From contig OZ024746.1 of the NCBI GenBank assembly GCA_964016885.1, forward strand, positions 100,130,001-100,194,000: a stretch of DNA of 64,000 nucleotides, in the 5' to 3' direction. This DNA comes from Eledone cirrhosa (taxonomy: Eukaryota). The number at the start of each line of letters is the position of its first letter. Within the stretch, counting starts at the first letter, position 1. Below the pieces are notes generated by a model that was not told the origin of the DNA, did not search any database, and worked only from the letters and a program-made list of their open reading frames with translations. Positions 13,761 through 26,559 of the stretch are shown in pieces. The position numbers and the translations under genes were made by a program.

Positions 13761-14184
13761 TTGACATACTGGCAAGTTAGCAAAGTCGTTAGGGCGTCGG
13801 ATTAAAAATGCCTCGTTATTTGTTCCAACTCATAGCACCTTAATTTAAATCCCGTCGAAATCAACTTTGCCTTTCATCCTTCTGAGATCGATGAATAAGT
13901 ATCGGTCTAGTATTAAGGTTGGTCCCCCTTCTCTCTCTCTCTCTCTCTGTCTCTGATACCCAATACACGGCGTCTGTCAAGATGGCGCCCCTAGGGCTCT
14001 ATCAAGATCTAAGGCCCCCTTTCCTTTTCAATACAACACTCAGCTAGTCAAACTTTGCTTGCCATTTTGGTAACTTTTGTTTTCGCACAAGACAAAATAT
14101 TTTCCCCTCGACAAATATTTTCAAAGCCCGAGAAAGTCACTAATTTCTTTTTAACTATCAAACTAACCGCAAATATATCCTGTC

Positions 14185-14221
<37 letters not shown>

Positions 14222-14773
14222 CGAACTATCGATTTATTTTGTTTCTTTGTTGGGGATATTATTGGAACTTATATATATATATAAATATATAAACAACAAC
14301 TTAGATAATCACTAACTATCTGAAATACATGTATCCTATTGATTCTCTTTAACGATGTATATAATCGAATCTGATCAAGTAATTGATTTATCTATTCTTG
14401 TATCTTCTTATTCTAAGATGTTTGTTAAAGGAGAATAACTAAAACTGCCAATCAGGCATACGAAGAAGCTATTTGAAATTTGTGAAAACCGATATCAACT
14501 AATTTGCGAAATATAATTTTTAAATATAACATTGCGTGGGAAGAGCAAAACCTATAATCTGAAATTTCACAGCTAATGCAGCATCAACACTTTTTTATTG
14601 TATAAAAAAAAAAGTTCCTAGAAAAAATGATAAAGAAATTAGTTCCAGCGAGCTTTGGCTGTTTATCTGGTTGCTTTGGCTTGTTGGTTTCCACAATTTT
14701 GTTTGCTTGAAGATTGAAATCTTAACCTTCGTGTAAAATTGTCACAGTCTAAAAGCGAAGGACAATTACCATA

Positions 14774-14942
14774 CATCTTGCAGGGCCTCTTGTTAAAGAA
14801 TGGTCGATAAGGGTAACAAAGGTCTATTACTATGCATTTTGCAGAGCCTCTTGTTAAAGAATGGTCGATATTGGTAACGAAGGATAATTATTATACATCT
14901 TGCAGGGTCTCTTGTTAAAGAACGGGTGATATGGGTAGCGAA
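14774..14942. repeat. 61-bp diverged tandem repeat x~3
   Basis: catcttgcagggcctcttgttaaagaatggtcgata recurs at 14774, 14835 and 14896. Confidence 0.8.
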
Positions 14943-15462
14943 CAAAATTTTAAAGATTATTTTCTTGGGAAGATATAGGAAAATATATACTAGTACAAAA
15001 TCTATGGGTTTTTGAAATCCAAAGGTGAAGAATATATATGAAGATTGTTGTGTATGTTGGAGTAAAAATAGTACACACATAAAAGTTCTGATAATAATGA
15101 CCGTTATAGTAGGTCAAGATAAAACAATAAAGACATAGTGTTTTTATGTACCATTGCTTGTTGTTTGTTTGATAACTTCGGTAGTATGTATATATGGTCC
15201 CGTAACTCCTGATAGAGTCGTAGGGGCGCCGTATTGACATACGGTGTTTCTTGGGCATTTTAAGCCTGGCGGAGCCTATCCCTCTTCAGGCCTAAGTACA
15301 GTATATTTCTTCCAGAGAGAGGACTAGTACTTTTTTTTTCGACCTCGAAAGGATGAAAGGCAAAGTTGACCTCGGCGGGATTTGAACTCAGATCGTAAAG
15401 GGACGTAACTATGCTGGAAAGCATGGCGTCCGACCCTCTACCGATACTGAATAATATTACCA

Positions 15463-17072
15463 GGATTGGTAATTATATGAAAGATTTCTTCTGTACAAAG
15501 ATGACAAATTTTGGAAATTGAAGAATTTTGGTATGCGCGAGCGTCCTTGATTTTATTCCAAGAGATTGAATTTGTGTTATTGTATTTTAAACACCAGATT
15601 AGTTGTGACAGTGAAGTTGAGAATTTCTTATAAGAGCGTTTAAAAGTATGTTTATGATTATACCAGCGCTCCTTAAATTTTGATGAAGTGGCCCCTATAT
15701 AATTATACAGTTAATCTTTAGTTTTAATGGTGCATTTATATACTAAATTACTATCTAAGCAATTATTCTTTAGTGGGCAGAGATATTATTCCTGCAATTA
15801 CATTTTCTCATATTGTTACTTGAAGATGTAGTACTATTATTCAGGTATACGTTATTACTATTATTGCCAATGCTATTAATTATAATATTATTGTTATTGG
15901 GGTTTATTTCAGTTTGGTTTAATTTTAGATTTATATTATTTATTTTTGCTATATTCTGGGCTAGATTCATAGTCGTTGGGTAAGAGAGCTTGACTGTATG
16001 TCTGTTAAAAATGCAATGGTATTTGTGGGATTTAGGAAAATATTTATCTAGAGCTCTAAAGAATTGGTGTGCTAAAGATGTCTTAATTCCTAAAGATATT
16101 GGAGGTGAATACCAAATTATAGATCGGGTTCTGGCTTTCCTATGTGATTTGTTATTTTGGTTAGGTAGTTTACTTTCGTTATTTTTGCAGGTGGATTTTT
16201 ATTATTCCTATCTATGTAATTAATTTTACTAGTGTATCCAGCTCTGTGTAAAGCGTCGTTATAGTATTCAGCTTTGCTCTCGAATATACGTTTATTAGCT
16301 GAGACACTTTGTTGGACACTATTGACTATAGCTTTCTTAATGTTTCTAGGGTGGTTTTAGTAGAATCTAACATAGCTTAGGTTTTCATTAACCTTATGGA
16401 AGGGGTAGTATAGGCCTGAATTAAGGTTTAAGGTAACATCTAAGAAATTAACTATTTTATTATTGTTTTTTATTTCTAATTTAAGGTCATAATTATTAAA
16501 GAAGTCTATAATAATTTTCTTTTTTATGTTAAGGTCACTATTGTTATGATTATCTATTGTGAATAATGCATCGTCACGATACAAACCTCCGGCAATTTCC
16601 TATGTAACGAGTTTAGAATGAAAATGCCAACGAGGTCTGTAACCTGAGCTGAGTCCGAAGAACCCATAGTAATATCAAAATTCTTCGGTCTATAAGCTCT
16701 CGTCTAGAGAGAGCCATTAAACTCTATAAGGGTTTTCCTTGCTGTTAATATGATGTTTATTTCATCACTTGATAAGTTGATATGTTTGGATGCGTATATT
16801 AATGCTTTGTTAAGTAAATTAGGAGTTATGGAAGAAGAATAATTAGCTATATCCATTTGTATGAATTTTGTATTATTTTGAGATATAATGTTTACAAACC
16901 AATCTATTACTTCATTTGTACCTTTCCAGAGCTTGAGATGTGATTTTTGTTTAAGTATTGATATAATTTTGTCCAGTATATTTTTACTAATAATTCCTAG
17001 ATCGGATTTAGAAGGTGCTATAAGCAAGACTGGTAGGTCCTCTTCGAAATTTCTTTTATGATCTTCAACTGT
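15463..17072 (-). mobile_element. Penelope-like retroelement (RT + Cys linker + GIY-YIG endonuclease), 5'-truncated and decayed
   Basis: EDHKRNF...LIAPSKSDLGIISKNILD, FIQMDIANY, FDITMGSSDSAQVTDLVG, LYRDDAL, VNFLDVTL, CNCR-x-CPL-x3-C, NLVYKC...YIGATSSKFKERWYNH, SWNKIKDARAY...CHLC. Confidence 0.92.
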
Positions 17073-17203
17073 CCTTTTCTGTTTTAATGTATCCTTGTTA
17101 ACTTATATCCCTTGTGATTTTGAATTTTTACCTCACTGCCGTTAGCGGGCTTATACTATTAAGTTTATGCTAAGGTGTGTCAATATCTTAACACCAAATA
17201 TTA

Positions 17204-17262
17204 TATTTTATCTGATGAAAGCACGCCAAATTGAGTGTCCTTGAAATACGTATAGAAAAATA
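17204..17262 (+). ncRNA. Minimal type I hammerhead in inverted pLTR of the Penelope element
   Basis: tattttat-CTGATGA-aagcac...gtgtcctt-GAAA-tacgta-TA-gaaaaata. Core intact, palindromic stem III, weak AT-rich stem I. Confidence 0.65.
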
Positions 17263-17296
17263 AATATGGTATTATAAAGATATTTTCCATAATATT

Positions 17297-17368
<72 letters not shown>

Positions 17369-17395
17369 GGGGGCGGGGAGAACACCGAAAGGTAA

Positions 17396-17451
17396 TAGTT
17401 CGAGCTGAAGATCCACTAAGGTGAAACAATTGTTCTCGGTATGGTGAACTA
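17396..17451 (+). ncRNA. Minimal type I hammerhead ribozyme between microsatellites
   Basis: cgag-CTGAAGA-tcc(actaa)ggt-GAAA-caattg-TT-ctcg; distal stem I tagtt/aacta; core intact. Confidence 0.75.
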
Positions 17452-17466
17452 ACTGTTGTGTTACTA

Positions 17467-17531
<65 letters not shown>

Positions 17532-17781
17532 AACCCAATCAATAAATTGATTATAAACATATTTGGGAAACTCATGAAACGGCTGTTTAAGTGAACTATA
17601 GACTATCTTGAGTTGATTCTATGAGTATGTACATTTATTATAATCATTATATATATAGGTTTCTCAACTAGATATAGGAAAGATAATTTTTTATATATCG
17701 TTTGAATTTGTATATGTATGTAAATATATATATAGAGAGAAAGAGAAAGAAAGAGAGAGAGAAAGAGAGAGGGGGAGAGAG

Positions 17782-17938
17782 AGAGAGTTAATTCTACAAC
17801 AAATTAGCAAACCATTTTCGAGGACACATGTTTCGACAGAAAGATTTTCAACTATAACCATACATGAGTTGAAAATCTTTCCGGTGAAACACGTGTCTTT
17901 GAAAATGGTTTGCTAATTTGTTGTGGAATTAACTCTCT
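17782..17938. repeat. ~70-bp-arm hairpin containing a half hammerhead (GAAA-cacgtg-TC)
   Basis: Arms 17782-17853 / 17867-17938 with a few mismatches; lies between (GA)n and (TA)n. Confidence 0.85.
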
Positions 17939-19092
17939 ACCGAACTCGTCCTTTAGACTGGCTACTTTACCAACTTCAGATATAACATTCCAGTTTTTTC
18001 CACTATATATATAATACATCCCATAACTCCTTGTGGAGTTGTAGAGGCACCGTCAGACGGCATGTCTAGGGCACTTTTAAACCTGGTGGAGCCTAACCCT
18101 CTCTAGGTCTGAATACAGCCGATTGTTTCTATAGAGGAAGAATCGACTGCAGTACTTGACTGCTACTTTATTTTATCGATCTCGAAAGGATGAAATGCAA
18201 TGTTGACCATGGCAGGATTTGAACTCAGAGAGTGCAATGAGGTGGGACGAATTCCGTAAAGCATTCTATCCGACGTCTTCACGACTTTGCCAATTTGCAT
18301 ATATATATATAGACCCGTAATTCCTGGTGGAGGCCTAGGGGAACCGCCGTGATGTCTTTGGCACTTTAAACCTAGCGGAGTCCATACCTTCTCCAGATTA
18401 GAACACAACCGATTTCTTCCTAAGAAGAAGAAGAAGAAGAAGAAGAAGAAAAAGAAGAAGAAGAAGAAGACTCAACCCCATTACTGGACTGGTTCTTTTT
18501 TTATTGACTTCAAAAATATGAGAAGCCAAAGTTGACCACGACGGTATTTGAACTCAGAAAGCGCAGAGTCGGAGCGAATGCCGCAAAGCATGTTATCCGA
18601 CGCTCATACAACTCATACAACAATTCGCCGCACTATTGAGGGATATAACTTACTTTTATTAGTTATACTTATTTTATTAGTTAGCCATGGAATGTGAGAT
18701 AATGCCCACGACATTTGTAGGCCAACCTAGAACTGACCAACTGGAAGAAGGGAATTCAAAACCAATGAATATAATGGATATTTCAAGTGATTTGCTGCTA
18801 ATAAATGATTTTCTTGAATGAAATATTTCGAATGTATTATGAGTATAACTTTTGGATTGGCAGTATCAGTAGAGCGTCGAACAACATGTTTTGCAGAATA
18901 GAGTTATGGCCCTTTATGTTCTGAGTTCAAAATCCCGCCGAGGTTAGCTTTGCCTTTCATCCTTATAGAGTCGATAAAATAAAGTACCAGTCATGCACTG
19001 GGGTAGATTTAATCGACTTTCCCTTCTCCACAAATTGCTGGCCTTGTGCCTAAAGAAGAAACAATTATTACAAGAACTTGTACATAGTGTAA

Positions 19093-19405
19093 AGGCGCAT
19101 CGCTTAAAGGTTGGGCTTGCAATCGGGAGATTGTAAATTCAATTCTCGAACTGGCTGCTGCGTTGTGCCCTTGAGAAAAACATTATTTCACGTTGTTCCA
19201 ATTTACTCAGCTGTAGAAATGAGCTGCGACGTCACTAGTGCCAAGCTTTGGCCTTTCTTCATCTTGGACATCAGTGGCGTGAAGAGGGGAGACTGGTATA
19301 CATGGGTAATTGATGGGCTTCCACAAACAACTTTGTCCAGACTTGTGTCTCGGAGGGGAACTTCTAGATACAAATCCCATGGGACCGAGGAGGGTCTTTA
19401 TCCTT
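19093..19405 (+). mobile_element. tRNA-derived SINE family 2
   Basis: tRNA-like head followed by 'ccttgagcaagacactttatttcacgttgctccag'-type core. Copies at 26265-26525(-), 41630-41905(-), 49955-50275(+), 57365-57665(-). Confidence 0.8.
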
Positions 19406-20698
19406 TAATATAGTTTTCATTCTCCGATTGAAGTATTTTCTTTTCTCTTATACCTTTAATGTTTTTTGAGAAATACAAGAATTTTCACATCTCATTCCCA
19501 ATTCTCTAAAAAGCTTTTTTTATTACAATAAGGATTTCTGATTTAGGCACAAGGCCAACAATTTGAGAGGAAAGTTGATTAAATTGACTCCAGTCCATTA
19601 CTGGTACTTTACTTTGTGGATCCCGTAAGGATGAAAGGCAAAGTTAACCTCGGAGGGATTTGAACTCAGAATGTAAAGGCCCGTAACTCTATGTCGTGAA
19701 GCAGGGTGTCCGACACTCTACCGATTTTACCAATTGACCGGTGAGTAACGAGAATCAAGATCTTAACAAGCCGAATCCCCACCAGGGATATCGCTTTAAT
19801 TTATGCTCATAATTCTACCAGGAAAGACATCAATGCTCTTTATTTGATCCTTTCCTCAAATGCACGACTTTTGTATTCAGGGAAAATAAATAATTCTAAG
19901 ATTTTCTAAACTCTTCAATGGTGGAAGACAAATTTTACTATTATGACAGTCCGAATGATAATATAGTTAATCTGTCATCGCCTCCATCTCTCTCGCCCTC
20001 CCCATCTCTCTATATGGTTAGCAAATGGGGTCCCACGTGCTGGCCTCCCCACAGCCCCGGTGGACAGAATGGAGAAGGCGTTTCCTCGGAGGATGGTAAG
20101 GGAGATGACACAAGACAAGCAATTTGGCGGATATGAGAAAGTCGATTATAATTAACCCAGTACTTAACTGGTACTTTATTTTATCATTCCAGGAAGGATG
20201 AAAGACAAAGTTGACTTCAGCGGGATTTGAACTCAGAACGTACTGGACTGTAAATAAATGGCGCAAAGCATTTTTTCGACACTCCAACGATTCTACAAAT
20301 CCACTGCCGTCCAGGGAAATATAATATCAACATTTATTATATGAATCACTCAAGGAGGGGGTGAGGGCAGAATCGGGCGAGCGTCGGACAACATGCTTTG
20401 TGACATATAGTTGTGGCTCTTTGTATTCTGAGTTTAAATCTTGCCGAGGTTAGCTTTGTCGTTCATCTTTACGGGGTAGATAAAACAAAGTACCAGTGAT
20501 ACACTAGGTCTGAATACAGTAGATTTCTTCCTGAGAAGGATAAGTGAGTGATATGGGAATGAGAAAGATATAGAGAAAGAATCGACCCCATTACTTGACT
20601 GGTACTTGTTTATCGACCTCGAAAGGATGAAAGGCAAAGTTAACCTCGACGGTATTTGAACTCAGAGAGCAGAGAGCCGGAACGAATAGCATAAATCC

Positions 20699-21566
20699 TT
20701 CTATCTGACGTTCTAACCACTCTGCCATTCTATCTGACGTTCTAACCACTCTACCATTCTATCTGACGTTCTAACCACTCTGCCATTCTATCTGACGTTC
20801 TAACCACTCTACCATTCTATCTGACGTTCTAACCACTCTACCATTCTATCTGACGTTCTAACCACTCTGCCATTCTATTTGACGTTCTAACCACTCTGCC
20901 ATTCTATCTGACGTTCTAACCACTCTACCATTCTATCTGACGTTCTAACCACTCTGCCATTCTATCTGACGTTCTAACCACTCTACCATTCTATCTGACG
21001 TTCTAACCACTCTGCCATTCTATCTGACGTTCTAACCACTCTACCATTCTATCTGACGTTCTAACCACTCTGCCATTCTATCTGACGTTCTAACCACTCT
21101 ACCATTCTATCTGACGTTCTAACCACTCTACCATTCTATCTGACGTTCTAACCACTCTGCCATTCTATCTGACGTTCTAACCACTCTGCCATTCTATCTG
21201 ACGTTCTAACCACTCTACCATTCTATCTGACGTTCTAACCACTCTGCCATTCTATCTGACGTTCTAACCACTCTACCATTCTATCTGACGTTCTAACCAC
21301 TCTACCATTCTATCTGACGTTCTAACCACTCTGCCATTCTATCTGACGTTCTAACCACTCTGCCATTCTATCTGACGTTCTAACCACTCTACCATTCTAT
21401 CTGACGTTCTAACCACTCTGCCATTCTATCTGACGTTCTAACCACTCTACCATTCTATCTGACGTTCTAACCACTCTACCATTCTATCTGACGTTCTAAC
21501 CACTCTACCATTCTATCTGACGTTCTAACCACTCTACCATTCTATCTGACGTTCTAACCACTCTGA
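20699..21566 (-). repeat. 29-bp minisatellite x~30 formed from the SINE A-box head
   Basis: Unit ccattctatctgacgttctaaccactct(g/a), contiguous with the SINE at 20580-20700; reverse complement reads TGG(C/T)AGAGTGGTTAGAACGTCAGATAGAA. Confidence 0.95.
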
Positions 21567-22498
21567 CAATTCACCGCCTGACTTAGGTTAAACAACAGCA
21601 AATAACAACGTCTGTAACTCAAAAGAGAAATTCGACCTCGATTCGACCTTGAACAACTAGGCTAATAACGACATTAATGACTTTAGTCGCAACGATCTAC
21701 TACTTTCGCTAAATCGCCAAATTTATCTGTTCTACGGTATTAACACTAAATTTCAAATTAGCAAATAAAGATAGGCATTATAAATTATGAACCCGTCTTC
21801 ATATCATAGTGTTGCCGGTAAGACTCCGACAGAGTATAATAAAAACGAAAATGGAAAGATTTACAAAGAATTTAATTAGATTCTATTTCTTTTTAGTTTT
21901 TGTTTTTCCTGTTGGCTTTGTGTTTGGAAAACTATTTCGCATGGTTGTATGCCAGTAGAAAGAGCAGTGTCTTGTCTTAAGCCCTCTATATACGTGACAC
22001 AACATCAAATAGCTTATTTGCAGATAATTAGAAGATTTGCACTGCCACAGGGATCAACGAAATGAATTAAATGAGAATCTGTGTGAAGATTATGTGATTT
22101 TCGAGAGATTTACATAAGAAATTATTTGTACAACTGTTACACAATGTATCAATGGAAAATAAATGAGAAATAAATACGGTGTTTTTATTCCACGAGGGAA
22201 CTAACAAAATTTAAATTGAAAAGTTTTGAGAGAGTTTATGGACATCACTGTAAGCAGCGGAAAAACTAAAATATTGAAGACTGTTCCTTTAGATGACATC
22301 AAGTGTTTATTCTGAGTTCAAATCGGCAGTCGTTGAGGTACTTGACGCTGTGATGTGTTCTTTGAAACAACACAAAGGATTATAAAACTAACGAATACTC
22401 TAGAAACATTTCATTTTCATTTGCCCCACCCTTCTCTCTCTCTCTCTCTCTCTGTCTGTCTCTCTCTCTCTCTATACACACCCACATATATATATATG

Positions 22499-22816
22499 TA
22501 CAGTGAACCACCGGAATTCGCGGTCTCGACATTCACTGTACCGGTTATTCGCAGAATTTTCCTTAGAACCTAACTAATAATTGTTTGTGGAAACCATCGC
22601 ATATTCGTGGCAATATATATATTTTCTTTAACGTTAAATTATTAATATCAATCTACCGTATTTGCCGGCCTATTGGACGCCCCTTCGTATAAGACGCTCA
22701 CTCTTTTTTATTATATTTTATGATATATTTTGACGGTTATAGGCATTTTTATGGACCACGTCCAATAATCGCGGATTTTCACACTTCGCCCCTGCGAATA
22801 CCGAGGGGAAACTGTA
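22499..22816. mobile_element. pogo/Tigger-like MITE
   Basis: TA-cagtgaaccaccggaattcgcgg...cgaataccgaggggaaactg-TA; homologous copy at 61217-61586. Confidence 0.7.
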
Positions 22817-24187
22817 TATATATTCGTGCACGCATACATAAAAGGTCCTCCATCGGTTTCCACGATGAGCATTCGGCTCAAACAAATAAACGTGCTTCTC
22901 GTTAAATTAAGGTGCAAGTAGTTAAGAATAAACACACACATGCATATATATATATATATAGTTTCGTTGACAAGTATATTAATGTGCACAGACACACAGA
23001 TATATTGCCCTTGGTATGACAGTGTGGTTTTAGCTCAATGTAGGATAACTAGTATACTACAGAGCCGTTATAAGTTTAGGAATAACCAAAGAGTGCTTAG
23101 AAATACATTGTTTTATTTGCTAACAGTGTTTCATCCATACCCTAGGGCAGGAATCATCGGAGCTTATAAATAAAAAATATATATCAAAGGTTGCAGGCTC
23201 CATCGAGATCTGTCACCAGAACAAGGATAAAGGACGAATAGGGGGGTCCCAAGGCCAGTGCTGTATAGAATAACACATAATACATGATACATATAATGCC
23301 ATAAAAAATTACATTAAAAGTTTATCACATAAATGGTGCAATAGATCAAAAGGAGGTTGAGAAAGATTGCAATGCAGTTTCAATATACAATCTGGATTTG
23401 AACTGCTAATTTTACCTGCATGAAACTGTAGATCACAACTTTCAATACTCCTCCTAAAATATAGGAGTTGTACTTCATCAATAAATCTACATTACTAAAG
23501 AGCAAAAGGTAAGCTATAAATGAGAACATAATTTTGCTTTGTAATCACATGGTTACACGTATGATCTCAGTTTTGTGTCATAGTGTTTTTTACTATAACC
23601 TAGAGCAGGATTCTCAATTTTGTGTCTCTCCTTTGTTCTGTCCTACACCATTCTGTTTTTGTGTGCTGTGTGCTTGGTTTGTACATGCATTACATCCAGG
23701 TGTATGTGTGTTTTATTTATTTATTCATGTGTTTATTTACTTAATATATATTTTATAACCCCCTAAAAAATGTTTTAAAGGTGCATTTCATATTAATAAA
23801 ATGGAAGTTCTCTGATCATTATTTTACAAAAGTATTTATCTTTTTTTTTTAATTTATATTAGTGGTCGATGAGGTCAAAGGGTTGGTGACCACTGATCTA
23901 GCTTGACTTACTAGTCCATAGCAACTTTAATAGGTTCCACTTTGTTACAATTTCAAGCAGGTCTCTTTTTTTGAGATCACTTCCCTTTATTTTAACTTCC
24001 TGGACAGATATATTATGTCAGACCTACCCAAAATACATTAAATGTATATAAACCAACAAACACAAAAGAAATATGTAAGTTAACCTAAGAAATTCAACCT
24101 TACAAAACAATATTTGATCTGTCATGCAATTTTTTTATATATTTATTTATGTTTCATTTTCTTTGTAACATTATAAAATATAAAATA

Positions 24188-25137
24188 CTAGCAGTGGTAC
24201 CCGGCGTTGCACGGGATAAGGTAAGGTATTTTGGGAGGCGGGCCGCCAACAGACCTAATTGTGGAAAAACTGCATGCCTGGACAATATGTAAAGAAAATA
24301 AACCGAATACTCTGATGGCTGGATAATCTTTAAGATTTTACTCAATGAAGCAGGAAAAATGCAGGTTTTCACCTAATGCGGGCCCTAGAGGATCAAGAAA
24401 ATGAATTTATTTTATGTGCATAATATGCCTTGAAATTTCGGGAAAATCGGCTAGACGTAACGCCTCAAAAAAGCCCTAAAAAGCTGAAAAAGTGAAGTCT
24501 TTCACCTAATGCGGACCCTAGGCCATAAAAAAGTTGGATTTTCTTTGCTCACGGTATGAAGAAGAGACTAACTAATACATAGTTACAATTTCAAGGAAAT
24601 CGGTCTGACGTAACGCCTCAAAAAAACCCTAAAAAGCTTAAAAAACGTAGTTTTTCACCTAATGATCAAATGATTCAGTTTTTCACCTAATGATTCACTA
24701 GGAGATCAAAAAGTTGAATTTTATGTGCATAACACTCCCTGAAACATAAGTAATACACATGTAAAGTTTGAAAAAGATCGGTTGGGTACTTCTCGAGTTT
24801 TAGGGATTCAAACTCACAGACACACACAGAGACATCCTCAAGGAAGTGACGTGATGCAGCCAGCCAGACATACAGACAGATATTATAAGGGCACGACGTT
24901 ATATGTGTGTATCTATCTAAAAAGAGAAAGAGTAAGAATTATAGAGAGAGACCACTAAATCGCCTAATGCGGTCCCTACGGCATTGAAAATTTGAAATTT
25001 CTTTTGCTCAGAACACTCACAGGACCATAAGTATTACATGTGTAAAGTTTGAAAACAATCGGTTGGGTGGTTCTCGAGTTTTAGTGATTCAAACTCACAC
25101 ACACACAGACGGACATCCTCAGTTTTATATATATAGA
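24188..25137 (-). mobile_element. Non-autonomous Helitron
   Basis: Minus strand starts TC(TATA..) at 25137 and ends hairpin CCCG-tgcaacgc-CGGG + CTAG|T at 24188; the 3' part recurs at 63230-63572(+). Confidence 0.85.
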
Positions 25138-25516
25138 CTAGCAGAAAACCGCCCCCGGGTGGTTTTCTGCTAGTATATATATATATTACACACACAGAAA
25201 TGTATATATATTTCTGTGTGTATATATATATATATTTCTGTGTGTATATATATATATTTCTGTGTGTGTATATATATATTTCTGTGTGTGTATATATATA
25301 TATATTACACACACACAGAAATGTATATATGTTTCTGTAGCACTCCTCAATTCCCCCCTCTCTCCCTCCCGCTATCCCCCTCTTGTAGTCTGTCTCTTTC
25401 TTTCACTCTCACTCTCTCTCTACGCGTGCGCAAAAAACATTCGCACGCGCGCTCGTGTTTCCACTGTTGGACAGACAGACAGACAGAGAAATTGCTGGTT
25501 ATATATTATAAGGAGA
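25138..25516 (-). mobile_element. Second non-autonomous Helitron abutting the first
   Basis: A|TCTCCTTATAATATATAA..(TCTG)n 5' end at 25516; CTAG 3' end at 25138. Confidence 0.65.
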
Positions 25517-25561
25517 TAAACGATTCACCCTTTGAAATAATTCTGGTTTGTTCTCTCCGTT

Positions 25562-25992
25562 TGTGTGTGTATGTGTCTGTGGCTGTGTGTGTATGTATGT
25601 ATGTGTATGTGTCTGTATGTGTGTGTGTATGTATGTGTGTGTGTGTGTATGTGTATGTGTCTGTCTGTATGTGTATGTGTGTGTATGTGTGTATGTGGCT
25701 GTGTGTGTATGTGTATGTGTGTCTGTGTATGTATGTGTATGTCTGCATGTGTGTGTATGTATGTATGTGTGTGTCTGTATGTGTGTCTGTATGTATGTGT
25801 CTGTGTATAGGTGTGTGTGTGTGTATGTGTCTGAGTGTGTATGTGTCCGTATGTGTGTGTCTGTGTGTGTATGTGTCTGTATATGTATGTGCCTGTATGT
25901 ATCTGTGTCTGTGTATGTATGTGTGTGTGTGTGTGTGTCTGTGTCTGTATATATGTATGTGTCTGTGTATGTATATGTGTGTGTATGTGTCT
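25562..25992. repeat. Compound (GT)n/(GTAT)n microsatellite
   Basis: Direct reading; source of the CV/HT-repeat ORFs. Confidence 0.95.
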
Positions 25993-26559
25993 GAATGAAC
26001 AAACAGACACACATACATATATATCATCATCATCATTTTAAGGTCTGCTTTCCAACAGTGAGAAGAATATATATGTCGTATATATAACAAAGGAATTGTG
26101 GTAAGGAACTAGATGGACCATAACGCACCAGAGTACTCAATACTTAGGGTAGTAGAGTGGGTAATACTTTTTCCTATATGTTATATATAGAAAAGGCTTA
26201 CTGAACACAAACCGAAACCTGTACCGCAGTCGGGATTATCTCTCTCTCTCTCATTTATATATAACCATAGTTTTGCACCAAGAAAGTTCCCCTCTGAGGT
26301 ACAAGTCTGGGCAAGGTGTGTTCCTGGAAGACGAGTAGTCACCGATACATACCAGTCTCTCCTCTCCATGCCACCACTGTTGTCCAAGGGAAAGACAATG
26401 GCTGATATAGCTTGGCACCAGTGACATAAAGTATCTTGCTCAAGAACACAACGCATCACTCGGTCCAGGATTTGAACTCAATGATTGTGAGCTCAACACT
26501 AACCACTAAGTCACGTGCCTTCACACACATATGTGTGTGTGTGTGTACATAAATATATA

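Noticed and set aside
15463-15830. Selenocysteine-recoded Penelope (Naiad-type) ORF
   Set aside because: The conserved Cys codons I read are TGT/TGC, not TGA, and no convincing SECIS was seen.
20699-21566. CRISPR-like array (29-bp repeats); likewise 31535-32340, 42928-43310, 54038-54718
   Set aside because: Units are contiguous with no unique spacers, there are no cas genes, and the context is eukaryotic; these are minisatellites.
21590-21830. CpG-containing unique stretch ending in CCG|GTAAG, a possible first exon on +
   Set aside because: Only a donor-like motif; no downstream partner exon or ORF support.
26195-26230. CTGAACA...GAAA-cctg-TA hammerhead-like string (also 13172-13210, 17571-17600)
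   Set aside because: Core mismatched and flanking stems do not pair adequately.
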